A DNA stretch of 64,000 nucleotides from Tepidisphaerales bacterium. Its GTDB lineage: Bacteria; Planctomycetota; Phycisphaerae; Tepidisphaerales; Tepidisphaeraceae. The DNA lies in the NCBI GenBank assembly GCA_038226785.1, contig JBBRQG010000003.1, positions 196,583-260,582 of the forward strand. The letters run 5' to 3'. The notes under the pieces were generated by a model. It was not told where the DNA came from. It saw nothing but the letters and a program-made list of their open reading frames with translations, and did no database searches. The position numbers were made by a program, and so were the translations under genes. Position 1 is the first letter of the stretch, and every line of letters begins with the position of its first letter. This document shows positions 9,039 through 18,106 of this stretch, piece by piece.

Positions 9039-10616
9039 GTGAACTCTCTCAATCATTCACTCTCGGCATCCGCATCATTCGGCCAACGCCTGCTGTGGCC
9101 GGGCGGCCTGTTCGCCATCGTTCTGATCGCCGCCGCCCTCCGATGGCATGACCTTGCAGCACAGCCACTCTGGACCGATGAGCTTTACTCGCTGGTCTCG
9201 GCGGCTGGCAGGGGGTTCGAGATCAACGGCCTCCCGCGTAATGTGCTCATTTCTCCGGCCCCACCAGTCACCGACATGGGTGGCGGCTCTTTAGCCGGTG
9301 TCATCCGCGGACAGATGTGCGACACGCATCCGCCAACTTATCCTCTTTTGCTCCGATATTGGGTCCACTTCGCCTACCGGCTGTGCCCATCGGTAGTGTC
9401 GATGGAGGCGGTCTGCCGGCTGCCGTCGCTTGTACTTGGCCTCGCCGGGATCGCGGCACTGATGCTTATCGTGCGGCGCCTCTACGGCAATGTGTCCGCC
9501 ATCCTGATAGGCCTGCTGATGGCAATGGCTGGCGAGCACATCAAACTATCGCAGGAGGCACGCGGTTACATGCTCGCCCAGTCGCTGATGTTGTGCGGAA
9601 TGGCGTGCTGGTTTCCCCGAAACCCTTCCGGCCGAACGCCTGCAGGCTGGGCCATCACCGGTGCATTATTGCAGACATTGGCGATCGGCTCCCACTACCT
9701 TTGCGCCTTGCCCGTGGTGGCCTTTCACATAGCCCTCGCATTGACACGCCATGACCTGCGTCACCAGGTCCTGCGAAGCTGGCGTTACGTGGGACTGGTC
9801 TGGGTGGCGTTCTTTGCCACTTTTGGGTGGATGCTATTCACTCAGTTACCGACTGTAGGCGTGCGGAATGCTTGGTTGGTGGAAAAGGCGATTGACCACA
9901 CGACAGTAACTCTGGGACGTCTTGCGATGATGCCGCTATATCTCCTGGCCACACCCCCAGAGAGCCTTGAGATGACCTGGAAGTGGGGTGGTCTGGCCAT
10001 ACTGCTTCTGGCCGTCTGGCAACTCGGGCGCCGCAACTACATCGGCCCCATCATGATGCTCCTGCCGCTAATCGTCCTGATGGCGATGGATTTCCGCTCG
10101 CATGCCTCACACCTCGAGCAGCCACGCTATGGTTTCGTCGCGCTACCTGGACTACTTTTGACACTGGCTCCGCTGGCCGCGCCGGGTTGGTGGATGACTG
10201 CGGGCCGTGCTGTGTTAGCGACTCTCCTTCTGGCCGTCGTCCCGTTCCTCCCAGATGCGTACACGCACCTCAAGGAAGACTGGAACCTCGTCACCCCGCT
10301 CTTCGCGAAGGACCTTAACTGTCCAGCCGTCGCCGTCATCTCGGCGGACGTTGATCGCTCGTGGGAGGAACTGATGTACATGGGCATCAGCACGTACGGA
10401 GGCACCGCCTGGCAACGAAATGTTTCGGGCGTGATTCTGATTACGGACCCTGACCGAATTTCACCGGACGAAGTGGCTCGCATCACGGCCGCACCGCAAA
10501 TCGTACTGTTCGTCCAATCCCCACGAACTCTGCCCGTCGCCTGGTTCACAAATCGCCACCGGGTCGGCTACACCGGCATCCCCAGCGTCGGCACACTGTC
10601 AATCTGGGGCCAATAA
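9039..10616 (+). CDS. GT-C fold glycosyltransferase (ArnT/PMT GT39/GT83-like, polyprenol-phosphate-sugar dependent)
   Basis: Multi-TM N-terminal half with LWTDELYS (DE motif in first periplasmic loop), hydrophilic C-terminal domain. Track start 8973 overlaps the divergent GH76 start; in-frame GTG at 9039 chosen (uncertain). Confidence 0.6.
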   Translation: MNSLNHSLSASASFGQRLLWPGGLFAIVLIAAALRWHDLAAQPLWTDELYSLVSAAGRGFEINGLPRNVLISPAPPVTDMGGGSLAGVIRGQMCDTHPPTYPLLLRYWVHFAYRLCPSVVSMEAVCRLPSLVLGLAGIAALMLIVRRLYGNVSAILIGLLMAMAGEHIKLSQEARGYMLAQSLMLCGMACWFPRNPSGRTPAGWAITGALLQTLAIGSHYLCALPVVAFHIALALTRHDLRHQVLRSWRYVGLVWVAFFATFGWMLFTQLPTVGVRNAWLVEKAIDHTTVTLGRLAMMPLYLLATPPESLEMTWKWGGLAILLLAVWQLGRRNYIGPIMMLLPLIVLMAMDFRSHASHLEQPRYGFVALPGLLLTLAPLAAPGWWMTAGRAVLATLLLAVVPFLPDAYTHLKEDWNLVTPLFAKDLNCPAVAVISADVDRSWEELMYMGISTYGGTAWQRNVSGVILITDPDRISPDEVARITAAPQIVLFVQSPRTLPVAWFTNRHRVGYTGIPSVGTLSIWGQ

Positions 10617-10629
10617 GAACTAAGCCCGA

Positions 10630-11502
10630 TTACTTGCCGCAGAAGTCGATCAATCTTGCGATCTCGCTGCGAAGTTCCTTGCGGGCGACCACGAAATCCA
10701 CGAACCCTTTTTCCTGAAGAAACTCACTGCGTTGGAAACCTTCAGGCAGTTCAACTTTAATCGTGTTCCAGATTGTACGGGGCCCGGCAAAGCCAATGAG
10801 CGCCTTGGGCTCGGCGATGATAAAGTCACCCAGCATCGCAAAGCTGGCGGTAACACCACCCGTCGTTGGGTCGGCCAGCAGCGAGATAAACAGCCCACCG
10901 GCCGAATCCAGACGGGCCAACGCCGCACTGGTCTTGGCCATCTGCATCAGTGACAGCGTGCTCTCCTGCATTCGCGCCCCGCCCGAACAACTGACGATCA
11001 GCAGTGGAAGCTTATCCTCGGTAGCTTCTTCAATGGTCCGGGTGATCTTTTCTCCCACGACCGACCCCATGGACCCCATCATGAACGTCGGGTCCATGAC
11101 CGCCAGCATGACCGGCCGACCCTTGATAAACCCTTTCCCACAGATCAGCCCATCGGGCTCTCCGCTCTTCAGTTGCTCCGACTTGATGCGGTCGGCGTAG
11201 GACTTCTTGTCCGCGAACTCCAGCGGGTCGGCCGGACGCACATCTTGATGCCGTTCTTCAAACGTACCCTCATCACAAATCTGCTTGATACGCACCCGCG
11301 CCGCGACTCTGGCGTGATATCCACATGCTGGGCAGACACACAGCGCCTCTTCCCATGTTTTGCGAAACAACATGTCGCCACATTCAGGACAACGCAGCCA
11401 AAGCCCCTCTGGAATCCCCGACCTCTCAGCGGAGGCCGCGACCCCATTGGTGGATGCCGGTGCTAGGTTGGTTGCGTCGGTGGAAACTGGCGGCTGGCTC
11501 AT
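10630..11502 (-). CDS. accD: acetyl-CoA carboxylase carboxyltransferase subunit beta
   Basis: CPECGDMLFRKTWEEALCVCPACGYH Zn-ribbon, carboxyltransferase domain GGARMQES. Confidence 0.9.
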   Translation of the reverse strand: MSQPPVSTDATNLAPASTNGVAASAERSGIPEGLWLRCPECGDMLFRKTWEEALCVCPACGYHARVAARVRIKQICDEGTFEERHQDVRPADPLEFADKKSYADRIKSEQLKSGEPDGLICGKGFIKGRPVMLAVMDPTFMMGSMGSVVGEKITRTIEEATEDKLPLLIVSCSGGARMQESTLSLMQMAKTSAALARLDSAGGLFISLLADPTTGGVTASFAMLGDFIIAEPKALIGFAGPRTIWNTIKVELPEGFQRSEFLQEKGFVDFVVARKELRSEIARLIDFCGK

Positions 11503-11561
11503 TTGAACTCGTCATTATAACACTCAGATCGGATGCTGCTAACCCTTTGCCAAAAAACAAC

Positions 11562-14500
11562 TTACCTTTGAGGACTGGTGACCGTCGTGGCGGCACGGGC
11601 CATGCTGAGTCGTGCCCGCGCCTGCGCCAACCGATCGGTCGGACACTTGGGGTCGAGTGCCATTTGGGCTGCCCCATCTCTGAGCAACTGCAACCCCTCC
11701 TCCTTCTTGCCGATCTGCCACAGACACCCACCGATCATCGAACGCGTGTTGTGAAGCTGCCAGGCGCCCGGTGCCAATAATTTCTCGCGAATCGACAAGC
11801 ATTCCTTGAGTGTCACTTCCGCTTTTCCCGGCTGACTGGTCTGCATCTGCAGCGCCCCCAGCTGAGCCAGATATAGCGCCATCTCGGTGGGCGAAGGGGG
11901 CGGCGTCTGACTACGGGCGCGGGCGACAACTTCCTCCGCCAACGGAAGGCCCTTTTCGAACTGCTCCCTGCGCTGATAGAGGCCTGCCAGATTACTCATG
12001 GCCCGGATGGTGGCCACATCGCCCGGGCCTTGCAGTTCGCGGCGAAGGTCCAGAGCCCTCTGTAGTGCCGCCTCGGCCGCTGGAAGATCGCCCAGATCCT
12101 GACAAACATCCCCCAGCATTTCGTAGGTTGGCGGCAGCCCACCGTGCTTGGGGTCGATGGCCTGCCGCACCTTTATGGACTCTTCCAGCGTCTGCCGCGC
12201 CTGCATGATCGGCGAAACTCCGGGTGCCGCAGGGATGGGACGTGTGGCAGCCGTCGTCCCCGTGTTCGACAGCCCCATCAGTGCCGTAGCCTGCTGGTCG
12301 AGCAGTTCAGCCAAGGCCTCCTCTGCCCTCAGGATGTCCGCATGTCCAGCCTGAAGTACACCCTTTCGAATGCTCAGTACGTGATTCAGCAGCGTGTAGG
12401 CCTCAGCCAGGTTTCCAGTATCGCGACAGGCCGATGCCAGATTGAACTCCAGCGTGACCGTCCGCAAATCATCGGCCTTATAGGCTGGCTGATAAATGGC
12501 CAGTGCTCGCCGGAACAGAGGCTCGGCGGCCGCGACTTCGCCCCGCTGGTACAGCAGGCTGGCCAGATCACTGACCGCCGCACCCGTGTCGGTACTGGAC
12601 GGCCCTGTGATCGCTTCGCTGACACGCAGATTTTCACGGAGCGGCGGCTCGGCCAGCTCGAGACGCTTTAGTGCGATGAGGGCTTTGGCCTGATCCGCCA
12701 GAACGTGCGCCAGCCCTCTCTGATCACCGGCAAAGTACTTGCGGCGTGCGTCAATCACAGCGACAAAGTGGGGCAAAGCCTCATCCGGCCGACCAAGATC
12801 GAGCAACACCTTGCCAAGCCGTGCCTCATCTGCCAGCGTTTGCGGCGAGTTGGCTACATTGTTCTTACGATCTAGTTCAAGAGCCTTTGACAGATGAACG
12901 ACGGCGACATCGTTACTGCCCAAAGAGGCATAAGTGTTGCCGATCAGGCTGCGAATCTCCGCCTCCACAGCGGGCTTATTGGCGAGTTGTCCTCTGTCGA
13001 GATCCGCTGCGGCCGCATCGAGCACATTCCTTACCAGAATGGATTTACCCCGGGCCAGATTGGGATCGATGGATTCGAACATCTTCTGCATGAACTGCGT
13101 CAACTCATTTGACTTGGCCAGCTCTGTTTCCGCGTTGTTCTTCTCGTTCACTGCAGCGATACGGGCGAAGTCAGCATCCAGAAGTGCCTGGTGCTCTTTT
13201 TTTTGTGCGGCTTCGGCAATGGCTTGGGCGGTCTCGGCCCTGCCACGCTGCTCACGGGCAACGTCTCGCTGCTGGCTCGCAGTAATAAATCCAGCGATAG
13301 CCGCGGTCAGGCCGACAACGAGTGCTATTGCCACAGCAGTGCTTGCGGCGAACAAAATCTTGTTTCGTCTGGCAAACTTCTTCAGCCGGTAAACCTTGCT
13401 CGGCGGGGATGCCAGCACCGGCTCGTTATCCAAAAACCGCTGGAGGTCCAATGCAAGCGCTGCGGCCGATTCGTAACGCCTCTCGCGTTCTTTCTCCATC
13501 GCCCGCAGCGTGATCCAATCCAGATCGCCGGCGATCTGCCAGTGCCACTGCTTCGGCTCGGTCTGGCGCAAGTGGGCGAGACCAATGGTCTCCGGCTTGG
13601 GATTGAGGACGGCGATTCGTGTCGACGGACGCGGCGGTTCTACCGTCTTGATAATGTGGGTTATTCCTGCCAGCCCGCCGGCACGGAGTTCCTTTGAATC
13701 GAATGGCAGGAAGCCCGTCAGTAACTCATAAAGAACCGCACCTAGTGAGTAAACGTCGGTCCGGGTGTCGATGTCGGCATTACCCACCGTCTGCTCGGGC
13801 GACATGTATTCCGGCGTTCCCATCAGCTGCCCCGACACCGTCTGCATGGAAGTGTTAGTCGGGTCCGGGCTTGTAGCCTTGGCGATACCAAAGTCGATGA
13901 CTTTCGGAAGCGGTTTGCCGTCGACCGTGCTGACCAGAATGTTCCCGGGCTTCAAATCCCGGTGGATCAGCCCTTTCTGATGGGCGTGTTGGACGGCCTG
14001 ACAAATCGCAATGAACAGCTTGATGCGGTCCGTTGTTGAAAGCTTTTGTGCGTCCGCATAGTCGCCAAGGGGGACACCCTCAACGTACTCCATCGCGAAA
14101 AATGGCTGGCCACGTTCGGTCACGCCCGCGTCATAAACTTTTGCGACTGACGGGTGATCCATCACCGCCAGTGCCTGACGCTCGGCCTCGAACCGAAGAA
14201 TGACCTCAGCGGTGTCCATTCCCAGCTTGACAACCTTTAGCGCCACCTTTCGGCGCACCGGTTCGTGCTGCTCGGCCAGATAGACAGTTCCGAATCCACC
14301 TTCACCAATGGGCTTTAGGATCGTGTACCTGCCGATCCGGTCGATCCGATCGCCCGCCACTGGCCGGCGAATTGGCGCAACGCCGACCGGCTGTGGTACG
14401 AAATGTCCGGTATTAACCCCGGTCCGCGGGGTGGGGTTGGGCAGCGCGACAGTGCCGTCCGACGCACAGGCTGGCTGCGACTGCGGCCAGCCCGACGCAC

Positions 14501-14831
14501 TCGCGTCATCGCCGATAACCGGCTGTATCAATGATTCCGGCAATGGCGACATCGGAACTACCCCGGGAGCCATCAGAGTGCCGTCCATCGGCACGGCCCG
14601 GAATGGCATGCCCACATCCCGGCCTGCGGGTGCCCCAGCCGTCGGCAAGGGCTGCTGGGTGGAAGGAGCAGATTCGTGCTGCGGCACCGGCGGCGCGGGT
14701 GGATTTTCCCCGCCACCCGCCGCGCTGCCCGCTCCCTGCATCGTTGGCAAGTCATCACCCATGCCACGGATTATGGCATTTTCGCCGGTGCTAGCGAACT
14801 GGCGGCCGCCTCGGACTCGTTTAACCCTCAT
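11562..14831 (-). CDS. serine/threonine protein kinase with C-terminal TPR repeats
   Basis: Pro-rich N-terminus, IGEGGFGTVY (G-loop), VALK, HRDLKPGNILV, DFGIAK, SPE motifs; TM helix; ~550 aa of TPR-like repeats. Confidence 0.85.
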   Translation of the reverse strand: MRVKRVRGGRQFASTGENAIIRGMGDDLPTMQGAGSAAGGGENPPAPPVPQHESAPSTQQPLPTAGAPAGRDVGMPFRAVPMDGTLMAPGVVPMSPLPESLIQPVIGDDASASGWPQSQPACASDGTVALPNPTPRTGVNTGHFVPQPVGVAPIRRPVAGDRIDRIGRYTILKPIGEGGFGTVYLAEQHEPVRRKVALKVVKLGMDTAEVILRFEAERQALAVMDHPSVAKVYDAGVTERGQPFFAMEYVEGVPLGDYADAQKLSTTDRIKLFIAICQAVQHAHQKGLIHRDLKPGNILVSTVDGKPLPKVIDFGIAKATSPDPTNTSMQTVSGQLMGTPEYMSPEQTVGNADIDTRTDVYSLGAVLYELLTGFLPFDSKELRAGGLAGITHIIKTVEPPRPSTRIAVLNPKPETIGLAHLRQTEPKQWHWQIAGDLDWITLRAMEKERERRYESAAALALDLQRFLDNEPVLASPPSKVYRLKKFARRNKILFAASTAVAIALVVGLTAAIAGFITASQQRDVAREQRGRAETAQAIAEAAQKKEHQALLDADFARIAAVNEKNNAETELAKSNELTQFMQKMFESIDPNLARGKSILVRNVLDAAAADLDRGQLANKPAVEAEIRSLIGNTYASLGSNDVAVVHLSKALELDRKNNVANSPQTLADEARLGKVLLDLGRPDEALPHFVAVIDARRKYFAGDQRGLAHVLADQAKALIALKRLELAEPPLRENLRVSEAITGPSSTDTGAAVSDLASLLYQRGEVAAAEPLFRRALAIYQPAYKADDLRTVTLEFNLASACRDTGNLAEAYTLLNHVLSIRKGVLQAGHADILRAEEALAELLDQQATALMGLSNTGTTAATRPIPAAPGVSPIMQARQTLEESIKVRQAIDPKHGGLPPTYEMLGDVCQDLGDLPAAEAALQRALDLRRELQGPGDVATIRAMSNLAGLYQRREQFEKGLPLAEEVVARARSQTPPPSPTEMALYLAQLGALQMQTSQPGKAEVTLKECLSIREKLLAPGAWQLHNTRSMIGGCLWQIGKKEEGLQLLRDGAAQMALDPKCPTDRLAQARARLSMARAATTVTSPQR

Positions 14832-14973
14832 TCGTCAACAAAAATGGGGCACAGAATTGGGGTAATCGGAGGTGACACTTCTTATGGGACGACCACTGTC
14901 AGGACCACCAGAAAACGACCACAGAACTACTTGGTCATTCTTGCCGATGTTATTCCTAACAGTCGGGAGACCT

Positions 14974-15846
14974 ATGACACAAAACGCAGCAGATAACAAC
15001 GCCGTCATTCAAGCGGTACGGAAAGTAACCACCATAGCCACCTTGCCGGAAGTAACAGCCCGGATCGTAGCGACGGTGGAAGACCCCAAGAGCACCGCGT
15101 CTCAGCTCCATAAGATCGTTTCACACGATCCGGCGCTGGTGACACGCATCCTCAAGGTCGTCAACTCGGCCTTTTACGGATTGCCGGGCCAGATCGGTTC
15201 GATCGAGCGGGCCATCGTCCTGCTCGGTTTGAACGCGGTGAAAAACATCGCGGTGGCAGCCAGCTTGGGCCAGCTGTTCCGCGGAGTGAAGCTGTGCGAC
15301 GGCTTCACAGCCAAGGATCTGTGGACACACTGCATAGCCGTCGGCGTCGCATCACGCGACATCGCCAAGCAGATGAAGCTCCCCTTCGCTGATGAGGCAT
15401 TCTTGGCCGGAATGATTCACGACGTGGGGATCCTGATCTCTTTGCAGCTCCACCCCGAAAAGCTCCGCGAGGTCTGTGACCTTGCGAAGAACCAGGGTAT
15501 TCCGTTTTGCGAGGCCGAACAGCAACTGATCGGCATGGACCACCAGCAGCTTGGCAAGGCGCTCGCAGAGCTCTGGAAGTTCCCGAAGTCCTGCCAGATC
15601 GTGGCGGGCCATCACCATCGTAACAACGGCATGTCGGATGAGAACCGTCAGTTGCTGGGTGTGGTGTACGTGGCGGATACCCTCGTCTGCCAGGGTGTCG
15701 GCACCGGCTTCAATCTGACGGCCCTCAGTCAGCAGATCCAGCCAGTCGATCTGGCCGAACTGAACATCGACCCGGCCGCCGTGCTGAAAACGGGCGAACG
15801 ACTGGCCGAGTTGGTCAGCAGTGCAAGCACCTTGATGGCTGCCTGA
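14974..15846 (+). CDS. HDOD domain signalling protein
   Basis: IATLPEVTARIVATVEDP...HDPALVTRILKVVNSAFYGLPGQIGSIERAIVLLGLNAVKN matches HDOD. ATG at 14974 preceded by GGGAGA SD; track start 14872 is probably too far upstream. Confidence 0.8.
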   Translation: MTQNAADNNAVIQAVRKVTTIATLPEVTARIVATVEDPKSTASQLHKIVSHDPALVTRILKVVNSAFYGLPGQIGSIERAIVLLGLNAVKNIAVAASLGQLFRGVKLCDGFTAKDLWTHCIAVGVASRDIAKQMKLPFADEAFLAGMIHDVGILISLQLHPEKLREVCDLAKNQGIPFCEAEQQLIGMDHQQLGKALAELWKFPKSCQIVAGHHHRNNGMSDENRQLLGVVYVADTLVCQGVGTGFNLTALSQQIQPVDLAELNIDPAAVLKTGERLAELVSSASTLMAA

Positions 15847-15933
15847 TCGGATTCAGACGCAAACAAGAACATTCATGGGTGCGGCGCGAGTCTCTCGTGC
15901 CGCACCCTCTGCTTTCTGGTCTATGCTGCCCAC

Positions 15934-16704
15934 ATGCCCCTGATCGAGGTTGTGACAGCGCCACCCCAACTACTTCCCCGCCACGGTGGCGGCAGGGCGA
16001 TGGTGGTTATAGATCAACTACGCGCCACGACGACCATTGCCGCCGCGCTCTGGTCGGGGGTCAATGGGATTCACGTCTATGACAGCATCGCGAGCGCCAG
16101 AGAAGCCTACGCAGCATGCGGGCTACCCGGTGACATTCTGATGGGTGAAGCAGGCGCACTCGCCCCGACGGGCTTCGGTCTGGGAAATAGCCCGCAACCG
16201 TTTTTACAGCATCCAGCCGAATACGCTGGACGGTCCGCCTATATGGTTACCACCAACGGCACTCCTGCCTTGGCGGCAGCGGGCGCGCTTTCTCCTGCTG
16301 TGATCTTCACCGGCGCTCTGATCAACTGTAACGCCGTGGCGAGAGCACTCATCGCCGGATTTCCAGACCAAGACATCACGCTTCTGTGTGCTGGCCTTCA
16401 GGGAGGGCTGGCCGCTGACGATCTGTTGGCAGCCGGTGCGATTGTCACGGCCCTTGTTCGTGCTTCGAACAGTCACACCCTTTCCGGCGACGCGGCATGG
16501 ATGGCACGCGCTTTGTTTTGTGACGCGCACACCGACGGCGGGCTGGAGGCCGCACTTCGCCGCCATCAGGGAGGGCTGAACCTGATTGCCCTCGGGCTTG
16601 ACGGGGATATCACGGCGGCGGCGGCTCTGGATGCGATTGACGTCGTACCGTCTTTCGAAGGTGGTCTGATCCGGCGGTGGGCGCAACACCCGCCACTGGC
16701 CTAG
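15934..16704 (+). CDS. 2-phosphosulfolactate phosphatase (ComB) family protein
   Basis: VVIDQLRATTTIAAAL matches the ComB family signature (VIDVLRATTT); ~250 aa. Confidence 0.7.
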   Translation: MPLIEVVTAPPQLLPRHGGGRAMVVIDQLRATTTIAAALWSGVNGIHVYDSIASAREAYAACGLPGDILMGEAGALAPTGFGLGNSPQPFLQHPAEYAGRSAYMVTTNGTPALAAAGALSPAVIFTGALINCNAVARALIAGFPDQDITLLCAGLQGGLAADDLLAAGAIVTALVRASNSHTLSGDAAWMARALFCDAHTDGGLEAALRRHQGGLNLIALGLDGDITAAAALDAIDVVPSFEGGLIRRWAQHPPLA

Positions 16705-16714
16705 CATCGGGCCC

Positions 16715-18094
16715 ATGGCGCCTTTGCTAGTACTCCACATCCCCGGCCTGTCGTCCGCAGTTGCGGGCCAACTCCAGAAACATCCCAGCCTGATCGAATA
16801 CCTGTCGGGGTACACGATCGTCGACTTTGCCCCGAATTTTCCTGCGGTCACCTGCTCCGTTCAAGCCAGCCTGACCACAGGCACGGTTCCAGCAGAGCAC
16901 GGGATCATTGCCAACGGACTACCGACGTACCTGTCGCGTGCCGATCAGATGGAGACCGACCCAGCCAACCATGTGGACCACCGCCACCGCGTGAGTTTCT
17001 GGGAACAGTCCAATCGGCTGGTGGAGCGTCCGCGGTTCTGGACCGGCACCAACGTGCGAACAGCGATGCTCTTCTTCCAGCAGTCCATGCCCGGCTGGCA
17101 GATACCCCCGCGACCAGCCGCTGATCTGGTCATTACCCCAAAGCCCGAGCACGGCCCGGACGGCCGAATGACCAGCCTGTTATGGAGTAACCGTCCAGAT
17201 GTTCTGGCAAACCTCCAGGCGAAGCTGGGACCTTTTCCGTTACACCACTATTGGGGGCCGGTCGCTGGCCTGCCATCATCCAGATGGATCGCTTCCGCGA
17301 CCATGCAGGTGCTGGACGGCGATCAGAGTTTCGATCTGGTGCTGGCGTATATCCCCCACCTTGACTACGACTTTCAGCGATTCGGTCCCACAAGCAGGCA
17401 GGCCTCCCAGGCGATTGCCGAGCTGGCAACCTTGCTGGTCGATTTTTATCGCGCGGGCCACCGACCGGTTCTTGTTGGTGAATACGGCATCGCACCGGTT
17501 TCGCAGAGCGTGGCTCCTAACCTTTTGCTGAGGGAGGCAGGCCTACTGTTACTCAAAGAGAATGAGATCGACTACTCCGCCTCGCCCGCGTGGGCCATGT
17601 GCGATCATCAGGCAGCCCATGTCTACTTGCGAGATGAGAAGTATCGGCAAGGGGTGCTAAACACTCTGCTCGCTTCAGGCCTTCTCGAATTTGTGCCAGC
17701 CGATCAGACCATCCGGCACCGCCGGGCGGGCGACATACAGCTACAGGCCGTTGAGGGTGCATGGTGCGACTACCGTTGGTGGCGGCAAGACCGAGAGGCA
17801 GAGGCCCCCACGTTTGCCGCGACTGTCGATATCCATACCAAACCGGGCTACGACCCCTTGGAACTGTTCTTCGCCGCTATGCCAACCACCGGCGGCCCAC
17901 AAGGCCCGCCACGGGTGTCGCAGGACGCCAGCCTTATCCGCGGGAGCCACGGGCGTGTAGACATCAGTTCAGCCCATCGACCCGCCATCCTCTGGCCAAA
18001 GGATGGCGCTGGCACCGCTCCGACGGGGGGCCCACTTACGCCATCAGCATTTGCTGACTGCCTGAAGGCTGCGCTCGGCCGCCAGACCGATTAG
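16715..18094 (+). CDS. alkaline phosphatase superfamily, nucleotide pyrophosphatase/phosphodiesterase (NPP/type I phosphodiesterase) family protein
   Basis: FAPNFPAVTCSVQASLTTGTVPAEHGIIAN aligns to the NPP nucleophile motif (P-T-x-T-F-P-N-H...TG..P..HGI..N); 11 nt downstream of the ComB-family gene (operon). Confidence 0.65.
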   Translation: MAPLLVLHIPGLSSAVAGQLQKHPSLIEYLSGYTIVDFAPNFPAVTCSVQASLTTGTVPAEHGIIANGLPTYLSRADQMETDPANHVDHRHRVSFWEQSNRLVERPRFWTGTNVRTAMLFFQQSMPGWQIPPRPAADLVITPKPEHGPDGRMTSLLWSNRPDVLANLQAKLGPFPLHHYWGPVAGLPSSRWIASATMQVLDGDQSFDLVLAYIPHLDYDFQRFGPTSRQASQAIAELATLLVDFYRAGHRPVLVGEYGIAPVSQSVAPNLLLREAGLLLLKENEIDYSASPAWAMCDHQAAHVYLRDEKYRQGVLNTLLASGLLEFVPADQTIRHRRAGDIQLQAVEGAWCDYRWWRQDREAEAPTFAATVDIHTKPGYDPLELFFAAMPTTGGPQGPPRVSQDASLIRGSHGRVDISSAHRPAILWPKDGAGTAPTGGPLTPSAFADCLKAALGRQTD

Positions 18095-18106
18095 ACTACA
18101 CCGCGA

